NCBI GenBank assembly: GCA_032718475.1
Contig: JAUCBJ010000290.1
Span: forward strand, 1-51,425
Length of the DNA: 51,425 nt
Reading direction: 5' to 3'
From: Nemertoderma westbladi
Lineage: Eukaryota; Animalia; Xenacoelomorpha
Of the stretch, positions 1 to 14,365 are shown piece after piece. The translations under genes and the position numbers were made by a program. The number at the start of each line of letters is the position of its first letter. Within the stretch, counting starts at the first letter, position 1. Under the pieces are notes generated by a model that did not search any database, was not told where the DNA came from, and worked only from the letters and a program-made list of their open reading frames with translations.

Positions 1-3000
1 GGAACGGCAAGAACAAAATGGTACAGAGTGTCAGGGAACGGCACCAACAAAATGGTACAGGGAACGACACCAACAAAATGGTACAGAGAGTCAGGGAACG
101 GCACCAACAAAATGGTAAAGGGAGCGACACCAACAAAATGGTACAGGGAACGGCAAGAACAAAATGGTACAGAGAGTCAGGGAACGGCACCAACAAAATG
201 TTAAAGGGAACGGCACCAACAAAATGGTACAGAGAACGGCAAGAACAAAATGGTACAGAGAGTCAGGGAACGGCACCAACAAAATGTTAAAGGGAACGGC
301 ACCAACAAAATGGTACAGAGTGTCAGGGAACGGCACCAACAAAATGGTAAAGGGAACGACACCAACAAAATGGTACAGATAACGGCACCAACAAAATGTT
401 AAAGGGAACGCACCAACAAAATGGTACAGAGAGTCAGGGAACGGCACCAACAAAATGGTAAAGGGAGCGACACCAACAAAATGGTACAGGGAACGGCAAG
501 AACAAAATGGTACAGAGTGTCAGGGAACGGCACCAACAAAATGGTAAAGGGAGCGACACCAACAAAATGGTACAGGGAACGGCAAGAACAAAATGGTACA
601 GAGAGTCAGGGAACGGCACCAACAAAATGTTAAAGGGAACGGCACCAACAAAATGGTACAGAACGGCACAACAGGGAACGGCACCAACAAAATGGTACAG
701 AGTGTCAGGGAACGGCACCAACAAAATGTTAAAGGGAACGGCACCAACAAAATGGTACAGGGAACGGCAAGAACAAAATGGTACAGAGAGTCAGGGAACG
801 GCACCAACAAAATGGTAAAGGGAGCGACACCAACAAAATGGTACAGGGAACGGCAAGAACAAAATGGTACAGAGTGTCAGGGAACGGCACCAACAAAATG
901 GTAAAGGGAGCGACACCAACAAAATGGTACAGGGAACGGCAAGAACAAAATGGTACAGAGAGTCAGGGAACGGCACCAACAAAATGTTAAAGGGAACGGC
1001 ACCAACAAAATGGTACAGAGAACGGCAAGAACAAAATGGTACAGAGAGTCAGGGAACGGCACCAACAAAATGTTAAAGGGAACGGCACCAACAAAATGGT
1101 ACAGGGAACGGCAAGAACAAAATGGTACAGAGTGTCAGGGAACGGCACCAACAAAATGGTAAAGGGAACGACACCAACAAAATGGTACAGATAACGGCAC
1201 CAACAAAATGTTAAAGGGAACGGCACCAACAAAATGGTACAGAGTGTCAGGGAACGGCACCAACAAAATGGTAAAGGGAACGACACCAACAAAATGGTAC
1301 AGAGTGTCAGGGAACGACACCAACAAAATGTTAAAGGGAACGGCACCAACAAAATGGTACAGAGTGTCAGGGAACGGCACCAACAAAATGTTAAAGGGAA
1401 CGGCACCAACAAAATGGTACAGAGTGTCAGGGAACGACACCAACAAAATGGTACAGGGAACGGCAAGAACAAAATGGTACAGGGAACGGCACCAACAAAA
1501 TGGTACAGAGTGTCAGGGAACGGCACCAACAAAATGGTAGAGGGAGCGACACCAACAAAATGGTACAGAGTGTCAGGGAACGGCACCAACAAAATGGTAA
1601 AGGGAACGGCACCAACAAAATGGTACAGAGTGTCAGGGAACGGCACCAACAAAATGGTACAGAGAGTCAGGGAACGGCACCAACAAAATGGTAAAGGGAA
1701 CGGCACCAACAAAATGGTACAGAGTGTCAGGGAACGGCACCAACAAAATGGTACAGAGAGTCAGGGAACGGCACCAACAAAATGGTAGAGGGAGCGACAC
1801 CAACAAAATGGTACAGAGTGTCAGGGAACGGCACCAACAAAATGGTAAAGGGAACGGCACCAACAAAATGGTACAGAGTGTCAGGGAACGGCACCAACAA
1901 AATGGTAAAGGGAACGACAAGAACAAAATGGTACAGAGAGTCAGGGAACGGCACCAACAAAATGGTAAAGGGAACGGCACCAACAAAATGGTAAAGGGAG
2001 CGACACCAACAAAATGGTAAAGGGAGCGACACCAACAAAATGGTACAGGGAACGGCAAGAACAAAATGGTACAGAGAGTCAGGGAACGGCACCAACAAAA
2101 TGGTACAGAGAGTCAGGGAACGGCACCAACAAAATGGTAAAGGGTACGGCAAGAACAAAATGGTACAGAGTGTCAGGGAACGGCACCAACAAAATGTTAA
2201 AGGGAACGGCACCAACAAAATGGTACAGAGTGTCAGGGAACGGCACCAACAAAATGGTAAAGGGAACGGCACCAACAAAATGGTACAGAGTGTCAGGGAA
2301 CGGCACCAACAAAATGGTACAGAGAGTCAGGGAACGGCACCAACAAAATGGTAAAGGGAACGGCACCAACAAAATGGTACAGAGTGTCAGGGAACGGCAC
2401 CAACAAAATGGTAAAGGGAGCGGCACCAACAAAATGGTACAGAGAACGGCAAGAACAAAATGGTACAGAGAGTCAGGGAACGGCACCAACAAAATGGTAA
2501 AGGGAACGGCACCAACAAAATGGTAAAGGGAACGGCACCAACAAAATGTTAAAGGGAACGGCACAAACAAAATGGTACAGAGTGTCAGGGAACGACACCA
2601 ACAAAATGGTAAAGGGAACGGCACCAACAAAATGGTACAGAGTGTCAGGGAACGACACCAACAAAATGGTAAAGGGAGCGACACCAACAAAATGGTAAAG
2701 GGAGCGACACCAACAAAATGGTACAGAGTGTCAGGGAACGACACCAACAAAATGGTAAAGGGAGCGACACCAACAAAATGGTAAAGGGAGCGACACCAAC
2801 AAAATGGTACAGGGAACGGCAAGAACAAAATGGTACAGAGAGTCAGGGAACGGCACCAACAAAATGGTAAAGGGAGCGACACCAACAAAATGGTACAGAG
2901 TGTCAGGGAACGGCACCAACAAAATGGTAAAGGGAGCGACACCAACAAAATGGTAAAGGGAGCGACACCAACAAAATGGTACAGAGTGTCAGGGAACGGC

Positions 3001-6000
3001 ACCAACAAAATGGTAAAGGGAGCGACACCAACAAAATGGTACAGGGAACGGCAAGAACAAAATGGTACAGAGTGTCAGGGAACGGCACCAACAAAATGGT
3101 AAAGGGAGCGACACCAACAAAATGGTACAGGGAACGGCAAGAACAAAATGGTACAGAGAGTCAGGGAACGGCACCAACAAAATGGTAAAGGGAGCGACAC
3201 CAACAAAATGGTACAGAGTGTCAGGGAACGGCACCAACAAAATGGTAAAGGGAGCGACACCAACAAAATGGTAAAGGGAGCGACACCAACAAAATGGTAC
3301 AGAGTGTCAGGGAACGGCACCAACAAAATGGTAAAGGGAGCGACACCAACAAAATGGTACAGGGAACGGCAAGAACAAAATGGTACAGAGTGTCAGGGAA
3401 CGGCACCAACAAAATGGTAAAGGGAGCGACACCAACAAAATGGTACAGGGAACGGCAAGAACAAAATGGTACAGAGTGTCAGGGAACGGCACCAACAAAA
3501 TGTTAAAGGGAACGGCACCAACAAAATGGTACAGAGTGTCAGGGAACGGCACCAACAAAATGGTACAGAGAGTCAGGGAACGGCACCAACAAAATGGTAA
3601 AGGGAGCGACACCAACAAAATGGTACAGGGAACGGCAAGAACAAAATGGTACAGAGTGTCAGGGAACGGCACCAACAAAATGTTAAAGGGAACGGCACCA
3701 ACAAAATGGTACAGGGAACGGCAAGAACAAAATGGTACAGAGAGTCAGGGAACGGCACCAACAAAATGTTAAAGGGAACGGCACCAACAAAATGGTACAG
3801 AGAACGGCAAGAACAAAATGGTACAGAGAGTCAGGGAACGGCACCAACAAAATGTTAAAGGGAACGGCACCAACAAAATGGTACAGGGAACGGCAAGAAC
3901 AAAATGGTACAGAGTGTCAGGGAACGGCACCAACAAAATGGTAAAGGGAGCGACACCAACAAAATGGTACAGGGAACGGCAAGAACAAAATGGTACAGAG
4001 TGTCAGGGAACGGCACCAACAAAATGGTAAAGGGAGCGACACCAACAAAATGGTACAGAGTGTCAGGGAACGACACCAACAAAATGGTAAAGGGAGCGAC
4101 ACCAACAAAATGGTACAGGGAACGGCAAGAACAAAATGGTACAGAGTGTCAGGGAACGGCACCAACAAAATGTTAAAGGGAACGGCACCAACAAAATGGT
4201 ACAGAGAACGGCAAGAACAAAATGGTACAGAGAGTCAGGGAACGGCACCAACAAAATGGTAAAGGGAACGACACCAACAAAATGGTACAGATAACGGCAC
4301 CAACAAAATGGTAAAGGGAGCGACACCAACAAAATGGTACAGAGTGTCAGGGAACGGCACCAACAAAATGGTAAAGGGAACGGCACCAACAAAATGGTAC
4401 AGGGAACGGCAAGAACAAAATGGTACAGAGTGTCAGGGAACGGCACCAACAAAATGGTAAAGGGAGCGACACCAACAAAATGGTACAGGGAACGGCAAGA
4501 ACAAAATGGTACAGAGTGTCAGGGAACGGCACCAACAAAATGTTAAAGGGAACGGCACCAACAAAATGGTACAGAGAACGGCAAGAACAAAATGGTACAG
4601 AGAGTCAGGGAACGGCACCAACAAAATGTTAAAGGGAACGGCACCAACAAAATGGTACAGGGAACGGCAAGAACAAAATGGTACAGAGTGTCAGGGAACG
4701 GCACCAACAAAATGGTAAAGGGAGCGACACCAACAAAATGGTACAGGGAACGGCAAGAACAAAATGGTACAGAGTGTCAGGGAACGGCACCAACAAAATG
4801 GTAAAGGGAGCGACACCAACAAAATGGTACAGAGTGTCAGGGAACGACACCAACAAAATGGTAAAGGGAACGGCACCAACAAAATGGTACAGAGAACGGC
4901 AAGAACAAAATGGTACAGGGAACGGCAAACAAAATGGTACAGAGAACGGCACCAACAAAATGTTAAAGGGAACGGCACCAACAAAATGGTACAGAGTGTC
5001 AGGGAACGGCACCAACAAAATGGTAAAGGGAGCGACACCAACAAAATGGTAAAGGGAGCGACACCAACAAAATGGTACAGGGAACGGCAAGAACAAAATG
5101 GTACAGAGTGTCAGGGAACGGCACCAACAAAATGGTAAAGGGAGCGACACCAACAAAATGGTACAGGGAACGGCACCAACAAAATGTTAAAGGGAACGGC
5201 ACAAACAAAATGGTACAGAGTGTCAGGGAACGGCACCAACAAAATGGTAAAGGGAGCGACACCAACAAAATGGTACAGGGAACGGCAAGAACAAAATGTT
5301 AAAGGGAACGGCACAAACAAAATGGTACAGAGTGTCAGGGAACGGCACCAACAAAATGGTAAAGGGAGCGACACCAACAAAATGGTACAGGGAACGGCAA
5401 GAACAAAATGTTAAAGGGAACGGCACAAACAAAATGGTACAGAGTGTCAGGGAACGGCACCAACAAAATGGTACAGGGAACGGCACCAACAAAATGGTAA
5501 AGGGAACGGCACAAACAAAATGGTACAGAGTGTCAGGGAACGGCACCAACAAAATGGTAAAGGGAGCGACACCAACAAAATGGTACAGGGAACGGCAAGA
5601 ACAAAATGTAAAGGGAACGGCACAAACAAAATGGTACAGAGTGTCAGGGAACGGCACCAACAAAATGGTAAAGGGAGCGACACCAACAAAATGGTACAGG
5701 GAACGGCAAGAACAAAATGTTAAAGGGAACGGCACAAACAAAATGGTACAGAGTGTCAGGGAACGGCACCAACAAAATGTTAAAGGGAACGGCACCAACA
5801 AAATGGTACAGGGAACGGCAAGAACAAAATGGTACAGAGTGTCAGGGAACGGCACCAACAAAATGGTAAAGGGAGCGACACCAACAAAATGGTACAGAGT
5901 GTCAGGGAACGACACCAACAAAATGGTACAGGGAACGGCAAGAACAAAATGTAAAGGGAACGGCACAAACAAAATGGTACAGAGTGTCAGGGAACGGCAC

Positions 6001-9000
6001 CAACAAAATGGTAAAGGGAGCGACACCAACAAAATGGTACAGGGAACGGCAAGAACAAAATGGTACAGAGTGTCAGGGAACGGCACCAACAAAATGGTAA
6101 AGGGAGCGACACCAACAAAATGGTACAGGGAACGGCAAGAACAAAATGGTACAGAGAGTCAGGGAACGGCACCAACAAAATGGTAAAGGGAGCGACACCA
6201 ACAAAATGGTACAGAGAACGGCAAGAACAAAATGGTACAGAGAACGGCACCAACAAAATGTTAAAGGGAACGGCACCAACAAAATGGTACAGGGAACGGC
6301 AAGAACAAAATGTTAAAGGGAACGGCACAAACAAAATGGTACAGAGTGTCAGGGAACGGCACCAACAAAATGGTAAAGGGAGCGACACCAACAAAATGGT
6401 ACAGGGAACGGCAAGAACAAAATGGTACAGAGGTAACGGCACCAACAAAATGTTAAAGGGAACGGCACAAACAAAATGGTACAGAGTGTCAGGGAACGGC
6501 ACCAACAAAATGGTAAAGGGAGCGACACCAACAAAATGGTACAGGGAACGGCAAGAACAAAATGGTACAGAGGTCAGGGAACGGCACCAACAAAATGTTA
6601 AAGGGAACGGCACAAACAAAATGGTACAGAGTGTCAGGGAACGGCACCAACAAAATGGTAAAGGGAGCGACACCAACAAAATGGTACAGAGTGTCAGGGA
6701 ACGGCACCAACAAAATGGTACAGAGAACGGCAAGAACAAAATGGTACAGAGAACGGCACCAACAAAATGTTAAAGGGAACGGCACCAACAAAATGGTACA
6801 GGGAACGGCAAGAACAAAATGTTAAAGGGAACGGCACAAACAAAATGGTACAGAGTGTCAGGGAACGGCACCAACAAAATGGTACAGGGAACGGCAAGAA
6901 CAAAATGGTACAGAGTGTCAGGGAACGGCACCAACAAAATGGTAAAGGGAGCGACACCAACAAAATGGTACAGGGAACGGCAAGAACAAAATGTTAAAGG
7001 GAACGGCACAAACAAAATGGTACAGAGTGTCAGGGAACGGCACCAACAAAATGGTACAGGGAACGGCACCAACAAAATGGTACAGGGAACGGCACCAACA
7101 AAATGGTACAGAGTGTCAGGGAACGGCACCAACAAAATGGTAAAGGGAGCGACACCAACAAAATGGTACAGGGAACGGCAAGAACAAAATGTTAAAGGGA
7201 ACGGCACAAACAAAATGGTACAGAGTGTCAGGGAACGGCACCAACAAAATGGTACAGGGAACGACACCAACAAAATGGTACAGAGTGTCAGGGAACGGCA
7301 CCAACAAAATGGTACAGAGAGTCAGGGAACGGCACCAACAAAATGGTAAAGGGAGCGACACCAACAAAATGGTACAGGGAACGGCAAGAACAAAATGGTA
7401 CAGAGTGTCAGGGAACGGCACCAACAAAATGGTAAAGGGAGCGACACCAACAAAATGGTACAGGGAACGGCAAGAACAAAATGGTACAGAGTGTCAGGGA
7501 ACGGCACCAACAAAATGGTAAAGGGAGCGACACCAACAAAATGGTACAGGGAACGGCAAGAACAAAATGGTACAGAGTGTCAGGGAACGGCACCAACAAA
7601 ATGGTAAAGGGAGCGACACCAACAAAATGGTACAGGGAACGGCAAGAACAAAATGGTACAGAGTGTCAGGGAACGGCACCAACAAAATGGTAAAGGGAGC
7701 GACACCAACAAAATGGTACAGGGAACGGCAAGAACAAAATGGTACAGAGTGTCAGGGAACGGCACCAACAAAATGGTAAAGGGAGCGACACCAACAAAAT
7801 GGTACAGGGAACGGCAAGAACAAAATGGTACAGAGTGTCAGGGAACGGCACCAACAAAATGGTAAAGGGAGCGGCACAAACAAAATGGTACAGAGTGTCA
7901 GGGAACGGCACCAACAAAATGGTAAAGGGAGCGACACCAACAAAATGGTACAGGGAACGGCAAGAACAAAATGGTACAGAGTGTCAGGGAACGGCACCAA
8001 CAAAATGGTAAAGGGAGCGACACCAACAAAATGGTACAGGGAACGGCAAGAACAAAATGGTACAGAGTGTCAGGGAACGGCACCAACAAAATGTTAAAGG
8101 GAACGGCACAAACAAAATGGTACAGAGTGTCAGGGAACGGCACCAACAAAATGGTAAAGGGAGCGACACCAACAAAATGGTACAGGGAACGGCAAGAACA
8201 AAATGGTACAGAGTGTCAGGGAACGGCACCAACAAAATGGTAAAGGGAGCGACACCAACAAAATGGTACAGGGAACGGCAAGAACAAAATGGTACAGAGT
8301 GTCAGGGAACGGCACCAACAAAATGGTAAAGGGAACGGCACAAACAAAATGGTACAGAGTGTCAGGGAACGACACCAACAAAATGGTAAAGGGAACGGCA
8401 CCAACAAAATGGTACAGAGTGTCAGGGAACGACACCAACAAAATGGTAAAGGGAGCGACACCAACAAAATGGTAAAGGGAGCGACACCAACAAAATGGTA
8501 CAGAGTGTCAGGGAACGACACCAACAAAATGGTAAAGGGAGCGACACCAACAAAATGGTAAAGGGAGCGACACCAACAAAATGGTACAGGGAACGGCAAG
8601 AACAAAATGGTACAGAGAGTCAGGGAACGGCACCAACAAAATGTTAAAGGGAACGGCACCAACAAAATGGTACAGAGTGTCAGGGAACGGCACCAACAAA
8701 ATGGTACAGGGAACGGCAAGAACAAAATGGTACAGAGAGTCAGGGAACGGCACCAACAAAATGGTAAAGGGAGCGACACCAACAAAATGGTACAGAGAGT
8801 CAGGGAACGGCACCAACAAAATGTTAAAGGGAACGGCACAAACAAAATGGTACAGAGTGTCAGGGAACGGCACCAACAAAATGGTACAGGGAACGGCAAG
8901 AACAAAATGGTACAGAGAGTCAGGGAACGGCACCAACAAAATGTTAAAGGGAACGGCACCAACAAAATGGTACAGAGTGTCAGGGAACGACACCAACAAA

Positions 9001-9176
9001 ATGGTACAGGGAACGGCAAGAACAAAATGGTACAGAGTGTCAGGGAACGGCACCAACAAAATGGTAAAGGGAACGGCACCAACAAAATGGTACAGAGTGT
9101 CAGGGAACGGCACCAACAAAATGGTACAGGGAACGACACCAACAAAATGGTACAGAGAACTGCACCAACAAAATGG
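1..9176. repeat. Satellite array of 26-bp units and 34-bp units (26 bp plus an 8-bp insert), with 60/86/112-bp higher-order combinations
   Basis: Units such as ggtacagggaacggcaagaacaaaat (26 bp) and ggtacagagtgtcagggaacggcaccaacaaaat (34 bp) repeat continuously from base 1 and end abruptly at ...caaaatgg (9176). The 86-bp period shows in ORF starts at 7395, 7481, 7567, 7653 and 7739. Confidence 0.98.
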
Positions 9177-9989
9177 CAATCCCAGTAACTTTTCACTTAA
9201 CCTAAAAGCAGGTTAACGTGAGTACGGATCCGCACAATAGCTACTCCACAGGGTGCTAGTCGCCGGTACAATGAACCGGATTAAATCGCCGAGGATTTAA
9301 CTCACGACAAAGGAATCCAGTTTCAATCGGCCCCAGTTACTCCCACAATAATAGCTCGCGGTTGGCTTAATTAACAAATTGCACGAGATTTCATAGTAGC
9401 AGTACCCCAGGGAGCAGCCTGACTGTCGATAAGTCAGACAGGAAGGAATTATTAGAAGCGTTTCGATTCTAAAATCCAACCCATTTAGAGATAATCATAA
9501 TAAAATGGATCAGGAAGCCGTAAACGATTTCTAGTCTGGATGTCAACAATACCCAGTTACAACAATAAAATATTTATATCTCTATATATCAAAAGAAGCC
9601 GATGGACAATTGCAATAAATTAATAGTTATTACAATGTAATAAAATCTACAGACACAGGTTAATAGAGCTGATTAGATAATAATAGTTCCTAGACAGGAA
9701 AGAGAGGAATAATGAAACATCTTATCATGTATTACACGTGTTGCGTAATCTAAACGCAATCAAATTGCGGACAATGCATTGACGACATTCGACGACCAAT
9801 ATTTCATTTCATTTTACAAGTAATTGCAAGCCTTTTTTTTGCAAGAAAAAACGAAAAGGAAAATTTTATCTCAATACAACGGGTTATAAGACTACTCAAT
9901 GAAATTGCAATATAAATTTATTCAAAAACAAAATATATAATTCTGCTGCGCACGCACATAGTCGTGTGGTATGCGGTGCGGATTACCGT

Positions 9990-10235
9990 AAAGTTAACGG
10001 TGAGCGTGGAAAACTGAACACCGGAAGCAACCTTATATTCACCAGAGGCTACACACTAACTCCCATGGTTGAATACTCTCATACATTCCCATTACAACTG
10101 GGTGGGCTGAAACTGTATATATACTTTCTTAGAGTTAACAACCTAACGAAAAATGTGTAGTTTCCTTACTAGGATTCGATGTCACGACCTACCGGTTGTA
10201 AGACCGGCGCTCTAACCACCAGGACTACTTTAACC
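9990..10235 (-). mobile_element. Probable tRNA-derived SINE (or tRNA pseudogene head)
   Basis: The reverse strand reads gtagtcctggtggttagagcgccggtcttacaaccggtaggtcgtgacatcgaatcctag. This has an A-box-like segment, a ccgg..ccgg anticodon-like stem and a degenerate B-box (catcgaatcc). It is followed by cagcccacccagttgtaatggg, which resembles central domains of invertebrate SINEs. Boundaries are approximate. Confidence 0.55.
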
Positions 10236-10311
10236 TACGGGACGGTGTGGAAATTAATCCGAAATTAAGTAGATTGTAAATTTAAAAACGGTCAGTAAAA
10301 AAACAACTAAC

Positions 10312-10786
10312 CCGGCATTCATCCAAGTTTTATCGTAGTAGGAACGTGGTTTGGTGAGGGAAGCAACGAGCGATGGAGGCGGAGATGGACTGTTTTCGAG
10401 AGAAATTAAACCCTGACTTCCGTAGACACTATCGCTACCGTTAGTGGAGTTCATTGAGTATATACCGGAGCTGGTGGACACGTCTACGGCGGTCCGGAGC
10501 TGCTGATGGCTGGACGGAAGAACGACGACCGAATAGGGGTGGGTGAACCGGGACGGAGTGCTGTGGTTGCTCCGCGTGCTCATGGGACCCCCGCTGTCTA
10601 CCGAGACGTTCTCCCGGGAGCCTTGGGAGCTGCTCGAGGATTGGAGCGAGTTGCGGTTCCTACGACGACGGGCGCCGCCGTTAATGGCGGAGGAGGAGCG
10701 AGTTCGGGCCGATAATCGGGAGTCATCGCGACGTGAGGAGAGTTCGGATTTACGGAGGAAAGACAACTCCTCCGGGTGGCGGATAC
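10312..10786 (-). CDS. FERMT: Kindlin/fermitin coding exon 3 (F1 subdomain and F1 loop)
   Basis: Acceptor ttccctag|, then (G)IRHPEELSFLRK...GIYS...SLTKPRSYYDKTWMNAG, then donor |gttagt. This matches kindlin IRHPEELSLL and KP..LLDKAKINQG. The 475-nt exon is in phase with the previous exon. Confidence 0.9.
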
Positions 10787-13700
10787 CTAGGGAATTAAAG
10801 TAAAATGTGACTCTTCAGTAAATATAGTAAAGTGCGGGAAATATACAAAAGTTTAACTTCACCGGGTAATAAAGAAAAAGATCCCGGAAAATAAAGAAAA
10901 AACGATATATCTCGGGAAATAAACAAAAGGTTATTAACCTTGATTCACCTTCGGGTGACATATACTACATAGGAAAATAAAGTAAAGGTACCCCCCCCCC
11001 CAGCCCCCCCCCCCCCCCCCCCCCCGGGAAATAAAGTAAGTAATGTTCAAGAAATGAATTAAGTTGCCCCATTCTTTCCTTAAAATCAAGCTATATATAT
11101 TATATGCGCTACAAAACATTATAATAATTCTATTTATTTACCGCTTTTCTACGCACCGGCGCGGCATCCTCAAAGCGCTTTTATTATTATTTCTCCGGCA
11201 AACTAAAAGCCAGGTAAAAAAAAAGAAACATAAATAAGCTTGAAAACTACTTGAAGCGGTTTGACGACGTCCCGTAAGTTATATGTTTTGGAGTGGTGAA
11301 ACCAATAAAGCGAAACGATACATCAAAGGGCCATCCAAGGATTGGGCGGAAGCTGTTGGGAGTAAAGATTGATTACACTGCGAAAGAAACCCTGCGGTAA
11401 TCTACAGGATATCGTTTAGAATTCAAGTACCCTGAAACACAATATATATTAGAGCTATAACATGATAACGTTGAAGTTAAATAAAACGTTTATGTGATAT
11501 GGGTGGGATTGGGTTAGCTGCGTATGGGAGGGGTGTTACATAGCCCAGGCTTAACCACCCCCTGAATCCGCCGATGGTGCGTGGTAACAATGACTACGGT
11601 GCAGGCGAATTATGTGGTGAGGTGACATTGGCGGCAGTGGCGTGTGGCGATACCTGCCAGTAGAGGCAAATAAAAAAATAAGAAATATTATAAGAGGGAG
11701 TATAAATTGCTTAAGATGTTTGTGAGTGTGGACCAATTATATATAATTATGGTTATTTGATCATCCATAGTGCCATTTTGGTTCTTATACGTGTACACTG
11801 TTTTCCAAAAGTGAAAGAACTGACCAAATGTGGCTTGTGAATCGAACCGAAACAAAGTAGGTTGGTTAGCGTGTCAAAATAACAAAGCCGCTCAACAATG
11901 TAACACAATGGCTGATTGGATTGTGGAAAATGGCAAGATGCACGTTGAATTTCTGATTAGCAAAGTAAAGTGCCGCCAGCAGTCAGCTAGGCCATGTAGT
12001 CAGTTGGCCTTATACTGGCAATCAATAGGCGAGTTGCTTAAGCATAAAATAATAATCGATATTCATTCAACTAAACGACCAAAACATATATATTGATCGC
12101 ATATAATAGCCAATCCCATGTAAGGCACCAATTCACCAAAACGTTAAACACCTTGTGTTTGTAGCGTGTTATTGATACACCGAGCGCGCATCGCATATTG
12201 TAATGCACCTGTTAACGTCCACAATCCCCCCACACCAACATACACTGACCGAAAAGTGAATTCAATTAAAACAGGCAGAATTATTTACCGACAATATCAG
12301 GTTCGCGTTAGTTAAAGCTCCATTCAGAGCAGAGAACTCCTTGGGAGCTGTCACTCAAGCCGTTTCATTAAGGAGCCAGTGAGTAGGCGGCTTATAGGCG
12401 CAGCGCACCTATCTAGCTAGCTAGGGAGATAGGGACTTGTCTGGGTTACAGTGGGACCACCAGATAGGCGAATTATAGCTGCTGGCATGCAAGTCATTGA
12501 GCAAATACAATCAGCACCAAATGATAAAGATGGTCGCGAAATTACAATGTTTCTTTTTATCTTTAAGGCTCACATAACCGATATTGAAATAACCAATATC
12601 GTAAATTACTTTGTAGGTAAATCCGGTTTATGGTTCAATGTGAACTGTATTGCACTTAGAATTTCAAGCTAAATAGCTATTCTAAATTGCTCGATGCTCG
12701 ACCTAGTAGTAGTATTCTTCTAACTACAGAGTAGAAAAGGGATTATGGTACAGGATTGTTATAGGGTATAAGATATCATTTACATAAATAATTGTAAAAA
12801 TTCAATAAACATGATGTATTCATTCATTTATTTCCATAGACGGTAATGATGTCTCAAAGAATTAATTCAGGATACATTGGAGCAAAAAGCAAAACACACC
12901 ATTATACTGATATTATCAAATACAATATGATTCCATTACCATGCAATGCTATTGACTGCCCATTCCATTAAAATTTAATGTGACATTTAATGTCCCACCA
13001 TGTTAATTATCACTTTTCACAAAAAGTAATAGATAATTCAAATTAATGCGATGGCTTAGCAATGCGGGGAAAGGATCCCCGAATACTTTACGAACAGCAC
13101 ACTTGATGCGGGAGCCCCGATTCATTGAAACTACAGTGTGACCGCATTAGCTCTATAAACGAGAAGAAAATCCCCATTAATGGAGACGGAATTAAATTAG
13201 TTCTCTGGAGGCCGAGGTTACTAGCGTAATCAACGCAGCAAGCGAGAAGGGACGCGCAAAAACGGGGGGCAGGTTAGGAGGAATAGCGCAGAGGGATAGG
13301 GGGAGAGAATGAATGGCGTCATCTGGAATCAAAGTTGGTGCACAACTCGGTAGTACCACTGTGTCCTCCAATTATTCGAGCATCCAGATAATTAGATAGG
13401 CATACAACTAATAAAGAGGGGCGGGTTTATTAGCCGCTGCAAATAAATCGGCTCGAATACAATGCTAATCAAATCAATAGCTGCGTTAGCATGCTGGAGC
13501 AAAGAGTAATAAGTTTGAGTCAAATAGCAAATAATAGAGGACAAAAGGGCGTCCGAAAGGGGGTTGAAATGGGAAGACAATGATTAATAAAAAACGCGCC
13601 AAAATCTACCAGGGTCGATAACAATACACGAGTTATGCAATTGACGAACAACTTCGCGAATTGCATTTAATGAATACAGAAACGGCTTAACGGAAGCAGC

Positions 13701-14129
13701 AGGTCAGATAAATGAGATCGTATCTGCACTCGAATATTTTAAGTGATACTTCCTATACAAACACAAGTTTGGAAACACATATATTAGCAATGGGTGATAA
13801 GTGAAGTGCGAGCTCAAGTGGATTCTATAGGCCCTTATGCCGCAAGCTTGAGCACTTCGTTACTAAAATGGCTCCTTGTCAAGGTTGAGCACGCGTCGGG
13901 GGTTGTGGGGCGAGCCACGCAGTCAGGGCGAACCTTAGCGCACAATTATAATTAATTAGTAAGTAAATAGGGCAAAATTCCATGTCCGTCTGTAATGTAA
14001 TGAAAAATTCATTAATAAATAACTTTTGAAGATTTTAACCATTTTCAACGAAATTTTGTATGGGCAGGGCATTCCAGAGAAAAAGTTCCAATATCTTTGA
14101 AAGTTACGGGCAAATACCTCTCGAACTAT

Positions 14130-14365
14130 TTTACCACAGTTGAGCATGAGCACAAAGTTGATATTTACCGATCTATTTGCCAAAGGTTGAGCACCCAGTT
14201 GATACTTAACCCGATCATTTTACCAAGGTTGAGCATATTGTTGATAGTAACCGAGCTCTTTAACAAAGGTTGAGCACACAGTTGATACTTACCGAGCTCT
14301 TTAACAAAGGTTGAGCACACAGTTGATACTTACCGAGTTCTTTGCCAAGGTTGAGCACACAGTTA
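14130..14365. repeat. ~41-bp tandem repeat built from the kindlin exon 2 end and its splice donor
   Basis: The unit aggttgagcacacagttgatacttaccgagctctttaacaa occurs 5-6 times and becomes more degenerate toward lower coordinates. Confidence 0.85.

Noticed and set aside
1-9216. Dozens of ORFs, and a possible CRISPR-like repeat/spacer pattern
   Set aside because: The ORFs are translations of the satellite in all frames. There are no unique spacers and no cas genes, and the context is eukaryotic.
11120-11190. SINE/LINE-tail-like aaagcgctttgag...aaaagcggtaaataaat on the minus strand
   Set aside because: Too short to define an element or its boundaries.
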